Shown here piece by piece: positions 53,471 to 57,284 of a stretch of 57,284 nt of DNA (its first letter is position 1; each line of letters opens with the position of its first letter). This stretch comes from Clostridia bacterium (GTDB lineage: Bacteria > Bacillota > Clostridia > Oscillospirales > CAG-272). Position numbers and translations under genes: made by a program. The stretch is from NCBI GenBank assembly GCA_017935225.1, contig JAGBIA010000015.1:1-57284 (forward strand), written 5' to 3'. Under the pieces are notes generated by a model. That model ran no database searches and was not told the DNA's origin. It worked only from the letters and a program-made list of their open reading frames with translations.

Positions 53471-54001
53471 CTATTCTGCAATATAAAAGCAATCGTATTG
53501 CCAAGTTATAGGATTATTGTACATGTATTTTGAAATTTTCTCGTAATCATCACGTCCACGTATGATATGGTCGTGAAAAGATCTTTGCCAAACCGCAATT
53601 CCAATCTTTTTAGACACATCCCTCTTAAACTGCCCAACAACTGTTGAAATTGATTTTTTGTCTGTAGGGGAGGATATTATCCTCCCGTCCTGTGAAGTTA
53701 TAAATAATATCAGATGAACATGGTTTGGCATAATCACATATTGCAATAATTCAATATGTGAATAACATTTAGAAATAGCCACAATAGAATCATTAACGAT
53801 TTTACCATACAAAGATAGTCTTACACTATCTGACGGGAGGATAATATCCTCCCCTACAAAATCAGGTTGTTCCTTTGCCCAAAAAATATTTTTTCTATCT
53901 TTAGTGCATATCGTAACGAAATAAGCTCCGCAGGAACTATAATCATATTGATCTAAGCGGTTCTTCTTCCTTCTCGGAAAATCTTTTTGCTGTTCCATCA
54001 T
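53471..54001 (-). CDS. REP-associated tyrosine transposase-like (IS200/Y1 HUH superfamily, COG1943-type) protein
   Basis: N-terminal RLDQYDYSSCGAYFVTICTKDR, HUH motif in YVIMPNHVHLILF, and C-terminal WQRSFHDHIIR ... ISKYMYNNPITW with a candidate catalytic Tyr. Start at ATG 54001 or 53998 (AGAGGGA RBS). Confidence 0.8.
   Translation of the reverse strand: MMEQQKDFPRRKKNRLDQYDYSSCGAYFVTICTKDRKNIFWAKEQPDFVGEDIILPSDSVRLSLYGKIVNDSIVAISKCYSHIELLQYVIMPNHVHLILFITSQDGRIISSPTDKKSISTVVGQFKRDVSKKIGIAVWQRSFHDHIIRGRDDYEKISKYMYNNPITWQYDCFYIAE
53663..53689 (+). repeat. REP-like unit 1: (T)GTAG + 19-nt perfect palindrome, inside the RAYT-like CDS
   Basis: TGTAGGGGAGGATATTATCCTCCCGTC. GGGAGGATA-T-TATCCTCCC is self-complementary. 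Encodes QDGRIISSPT on the minus strand. Confidence 0.95.
53832..53858 (-). repeat. REP-like unit 2: exact reverse complement of unit 1, inside the same CDS
   Basis: GACGGGAGGATAATATCCTCCCCTACA is the reverse complement of 53663-53689 (27/27). Encodes VGEDIILPS. Confidence 0.95.
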
Positions 54002-54048
54002 AATCCCTCTTGCATAAATCAATACGAACAAAGATAGTCTTTTTTATT

Positions 54049-54705
54049 TTACTTCGTCATCTTCTCCTGCTTTACCTTATGGTCGATGACGTGGCGGGAG
54101 GCGAGCTCGTTTCTGATGTCGTCAAGCGAGATGCCCATTTCTATCATAAGCACCATAACGTGATAAACGAGGTCGGATATTTCGTATATCGTCTCTGCTT
54201 TATCGTCAGCCTTGCCTGCGATGATTACCTCGGTGCATTCCTCACCGACCTTTTTGAGAATTTTGTCAATTCCCTTTTCAAAAAGATAGGTGGTGTAAGA
54301 GCCTTCCTTCTTTTCAAGCTTTCTGCCCTCGATGACCTTCATGAGAGCTTCAAGTGAAAACTCGGCAGCCTCGCCCTCGTAAACGGGATAATTGAAGCAG
54401 GAATCAGTACCGAGATGGCAAGCGGGGCCGTCCTTGTTTACGACTACCGTGAGCGCATCCTTGTCGCAATCTGCGGTGATGCTTACGATATGCTGTTTAT
54501 TTCCCGAAGTTGCTCCCTTTCTCCAAAGCTCCTGACGTGAGCGCGACCAGAAGCAAGTAGTGCCTTCGTTCATGCTTATCTCAAGGCTCTCTCTGTTCAT
54601 ATATGCAACGGTCAGCACCTTTTTGCTGACTGCATCTACTACTACTGCGGGGATAAGTCCCTTTTCGTCAAATTTCAGTTCGTCTATTTTTATAAATTCT
54701 GCCAT
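54049..54705 (-). CDS. hisI: Bifunctional phosphoribosyl-AMP cyclohydrolase / phosphoribosyl-ATP diphosphatase HisIE
   Basis: 218 aa; LIPAVVVD...VLTVAYMN...[17 protein letters not shown]..., C-terminal MazG-like EECTEVIIA...EISDLVYH. Confidence 0.95.
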   Translation of the reverse strand: MAEFIKIDELKFDEKGLIPAVVVDAVSKKVLTVAYMNRESLEISMNEGTTCFWSRSRQELWRKGATSGNKQHIVSITADCDKDALTVVVNKDGPACHLGTDSCFNYPVYEGEAAEFSLEALMKVIEGRKLEKKEGSYTTYLFEKGIDKILKKVGEECTEVIIAGKADDKAETIYEISDLVYHVMVLMIEMGISLDDIRNELASRHVIDHKVKQEKMTK

Positions 54706-54717
54706 TGTTTACTCCTT

Positions 54718-55476
54718 TTAAATACGCACGTTTATATCCGCCGCTCTGAGCGTTTGCTTGAGGTGCGATATATCCACCTCTCCGAAGTGGAAGATAGATG
54801 CCGCAAGTCCTGCGTCAACCTTAGGTAACGACTTGAAGAGAGTGATAAAATCCTCTTCCTTGCCAGCACCGCCCGAAGCGATGACAGGCACGTTTACTAC
54901 GTTGCAGACCGCCTCAAGCATTTCAAGATCAAAGCCGCGCTTCACTACGTCGGTATCTATACTGTTTACAACTATCTCGCCCGCGCCGTTTGAAACGCAA
55001 CGCTTTATCCAGGAGATAGCCTCCATACCCGTATCCTCTCTGCCGCCTTTGGCAAAGACGCGGAATTCTCCGCCTACACGCTTTACGTCAACCGAGAGAA
55101 CTACGCACTGGTCGCCATACTTCTTTGCCGCCTCAAGCACGAGATCGGGATTTCTTATAGCGCCAGAATTGACGCTTACCTTATCAGCGCCGCATTTAAG
55201 CACACGGTCAAAATCCTCGACCGTGTTTATTCCACCGCCTACTGTGAGTGGAATAAAGACCTTTGAAGCCGCTTCGGTGAGGATGTCGGTAAATAATGCT
55301 CTGCCCTCGGCTGATGCCGTTATATCGTAAAATACGAGCTCGTCAGCGCCGCAGCTACTGTAAAACTGCGCGAGGCTGACGGGTGAGGACACGTCGGCAA
55401 GTCCTAAAAAATTAACTCCCTTTACCACGCGCCCATCCTTGACGTCGAGGCAAGGAATTATTCTTTTGGTTATCAC
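54718..55476 (-). CDS. hisF: Imidazole glycerol phosphate synthase cyclase subunit HisF
   Basis: GTG start at 55476 (GGAGG RBS 8 nt upstream) gives (M)ITKRIIPCLDVKDGRVVKG. The ATG-initiated track ORF would overlap hisA by 50 nt. Confidence 0.95.
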   Translation of the reverse strand: MITKRIIPCLDVKDGRVVKGVNFLGLADVSSPVSLAQFYSSCGADELVFYDITASAEGRALFTDILTEAASKVFIPLTVGGGINTVEDFDRVLKCGADKVSVNSGAIRNPDLVLEAAKKYGDQCVVLSVDVKRVGGEFRVFAKGGREDTGMEAISWIKRCVSNGAGEIVVNSIDTDVVKRGFDLEMLEAVCNVVNVPVIASGGAGKEEDFITLFKSLPKVDAGLAASIFHFGEVDISHLKQTLRAADINVRI

Positions 55477-55477
55477 G

Positions 55478-56218
55478 TCAGTTTCCTCCGTTTTGCGCTG
55501 AGATAAAATCGGCAAGCTTGATAGCATCCGAGAGATCTATCGCGCCCGTATATATCGCCTTACCGACGATCGCGCCGAAAAGTCCCATATTTGAAAGCAC
55601 GGTGATGTCCTCCATTGAGGAAACGCCGCCCGAGGCGATGATATTAAGCGAGAACTCGTCGTAAAGCTCCCGATAAAGCTCACGGTTAGTGCCCGACATC
55701 ATTCCGTCCTTGGAAATATCGGTGCAGATGATAGTTTTTACGCCGAGATCCTCGAGTTTCTTACAAAACTCCTTGCAGGAAAGAGCGGATACTTCAAGCC
55801 AACCCTTGATAGCCACAAAGCCGTCCTTAATGTCAACTCCGACCACTATCCTCTCGCCGTAAAGTCTTACTGCCTCAGAAAGAAATTCGGGGTCTGTAAC
55901 GGCGGCTGTGCCTATTATCACTCTGTCCACGCCTATGTCTATATATTGCTTTACTCTCTCAAGCGTGCGGATACCTCCGCCTACCTCTACCGAGAGCGAG
56001 GTTCTTTCTGTTATTTTCTTAATGGTTTCAAAATTTGCGGTAGTTCCGTCCTTTGCTCCGTCAAGGTCAACGACGTGCAGGTATTTAGCGCCTGCTCGTT
56101 CAAAGCTCTCGGCAACGGCGGCAGGATCGTCGCTGTAGACCGTGACCTTATTGTAGTCGCCCTTAAGAAGACGTACCGCCTTTCCGCCCAAAAGGTCTAT
56201 TGCGGGTATTATGTTCAT
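55478..56218 (-). CDS. hisA: 1-(5-phosphoribosyl)-5-[(5-phosphoribosylamino)methylideneamino]imidazole-4-carboxamide isomerase HisA
   Basis: 246 aa; MNIIPAIDLLGGKAVRLLKGDY ... GGGIRT ... ASGGVSS. Confidence 0.95.
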   Translation of the reverse strand: MNIIPAIDLLGGKAVRLLKGDYNKVTVYSDDPAAVAESFERAGAKYLHVVDLDGAKDGTTANFETIKKITERTSLSVEVGGGIRTLERVKQYIDIGVDRVIIGTAAVTDPEFLSEAVRLYGERIVVGVDIKDGFVAIKGWLEVSALSCKEFCKKLEDLGVKTIICTDISKDGMMSGTNRELYRELYDEFSLNIIASGGVSSMEDITVLSNMGLFGAIVGKAIYTGAIDLSDAIKLADFISAQNGGN

Positions 56219-56234
56219 TGCTCGATTTTCCTCG

Positions 56235-56852
56235 TTAGTTTATTTCGCAGAATGCCTTAAGTATCGCAAGTCCTACGCGCTCGCTCTTCTCGGGGTGAAA
56301 CTGAACGCCGCAGACGTTGCCGTTTATCACCGCCGCCGTAAGCTCGGCGCCGTATTCTGCCGTCGCTATTACCGATTCGTCGCAATCTGCGCCGTAGTAT
56401 GAATGAACGAAGTAAACGCAGTCACCTTCGCTCAGATACTTGAAGAGCTCGTCCTTTTTCTCTCCAAAATGCAAAGCGTTCCAGCCGATGTGGGGGATCT
56501 TCAGATCTTTGGGAATAACGTCGGAGATAGGTCTGATGCTTCCCTTGATGAGTCCGAGCCCCTCGTGCTCGCCGTATTCGTAGCTCCTCTCAAAGAGCAT
56601 CTGCATACCAAGGCAAATGCCAAGCAGAGCCTTTCCACCGCTTACCTCGCGCTTTATCACCTCGTCAAGTCCACTCTCGCGAAGCTTGCGCGCGGCGTCC
56701 TCAAATGCGCCTACGCCCGGAAGCACGATGCGGTCTGCCGCGGCGATGACCTCGGGATCTGAGGTAACGCAGATGTCCGCGCCTATGCTCTTAAACGAGC
56801 AAGTCAGCGAGAAAAGGTTGCCAACGCCGTAATCTATTATCGCTATCATCAA
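56235..56852 (-). CDS. hisH: Imidazole glycerol phosphate synthase glutamine amidotransferase subunit HisH
   Basis: 205 aa; IAIIDYGVGNLFS, the catalytic GICLGMQ, and a C-terminal FHPEKS. Confidence 0.95.
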   Translation of the reverse strand: MMIAIIDYGVGNLFSLTCSFKSIGADICVTSDPEVIAAADRIVLPGVGAFEDAARKLRESGLDEVIKREVSGGKALLGICLGMQMLFERSYEYGEHEGLGLIKGSIRPISDVIPKDLKIPHIGWNALHFGEKKDELFKYLSEGDCVYFVHSYYGADCDESVIATAEYGAELTAAVINGNVCGVQFHPEKSERVGLAILKAFCEIN

Positions 56853-57284
56853 AGAACTCCCTTGGTCGAGGGGACCTCGTCCTTTGCACTCTCGTCGATG
56901 GCTACTGCCTCTCTGAGCGCTCTCGCAAACGCCTTGAATGCCGCCTCGGCTATGTGGTGAGAGTTTCTTCCGTCAAGCTGCTTTAAGTGCAGAGTGATTC
57001 CGGCGTTTCTCGTGAGTGCAAGGAAAAACTCCTCAACAAGCTCACTGTCAAAGTCGCCGATCTTCTCTGTGGGGATGCTCAGACCGTAAGCAAGGTAAGA
57101 TCTTCCCGATACGTCAAGCGCACAAAGCACGAGAGCTTCGTCCATAGGAAGAAGCATATTGCCGTAGCGACGGATTCCCTTGCAATCGCCGAGCGCTTCC
57201 TTGAGCGCAAGTCCGAGGCAGATGCCCACGTCCTCAACGCTGTGGTGATAATCCACCTCTACGTCTCCCTTGCAAGATACCTCA
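56849..57284 (-). CDS. hisB: Imidazoleglycerol-phosphate dehydratase HisB, C-terminal part; gene starts beyond the right window edge
   Basis: The frame stays open to the window end (..EVSCKGDVEVDYHHSVEDVGICLG...NSHHIAEAAFKAFARAL). The Met listed in the ORF track is internal. Confidence 0.93.
   Translation of the reverse strand, partial: EVSCKGDVEVDYHHSVEDVGICLGLALKEALGDCKGIRRYGNMLLPMDEALVLCALDVSGRSYLAYGLSIPTEKIGDFDSELVEEFFLALTRNAGITLHLKQLDGRNSHHIAEAAFKAFARALREAVAIDESAKDEVPSTKGVL

Noticed and set aside
57254-57256. ATG listed as the start of the hisB-like ORF
   Set aside because: The frame remains open upstream to the window edge and continues with conserved IGPD sequence (..GDVEVDYHH..). 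The Met is therefore internal and the gene is truncated by the window.

Overview
57.3-kb chromosomal window from a Firmicute with roughly 50% GC. It is most likely a Clostridia-type anaerobe; this is inferred from protein similarity judged by eye and from conserved gene orders (hrcA-grpE-dnaK with a CIRCE operator; nusB-xseA-xseB-ispA-tlyA-nadK-argR-recN; rpsB-tsf; ecfA1-ecfA2-ecfT-truA; hisB-H-A-F-IE). I call about 60 tightly packed protein genes. I found no rRNA, tRNA or CRISPR array by eye. Most of the window is housekeeping: chaperones, translation, recombination/repair (recN, ruvABC, xseAB), isoprenoid synthesis (ispE, ispA), histidine biosynthesis and ECF transporter energising components. 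Non-routine content: (1) a visibly AT-richer ~2.5-kb islet (about 51.6-54.05 kb) holding an XRE-HTH regulator with a long helical C-terminal domain, an orphan protein, and a RAYT/IS200-like HUH gene. That gene carries two exact, inverted, REP-like GTAG+palindrome units in frame inside its own coding sequence, bracketing the HUH motif. (2) A ~200-nt intergenic array of small hairpins separated by convergent GTTATGA/TCATAAC heptamers (30.56-30.77 kb). (3) A P-type ATPase homologue whose catalytic motifs all look degenerate, placed 3 nt downstream of a zinc-ribbon ClpE-like AAA+ unfoldase. (4) A six-gene dlt-like operon (transglutaminase-like protein, adenylating enzyme, carrier protein, long MBOAT, SGNH-like protein, lipoprotein) in non-canonical order. 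(5) A ~250-nt leader with an intrinsic-terminator-like hairpin upstream of a CNNM/CorC transporter gene. All functional calls rest on motif recognition by eye from the supplied translations; no database search was possible, and coordinates of small sites were hand-counted.
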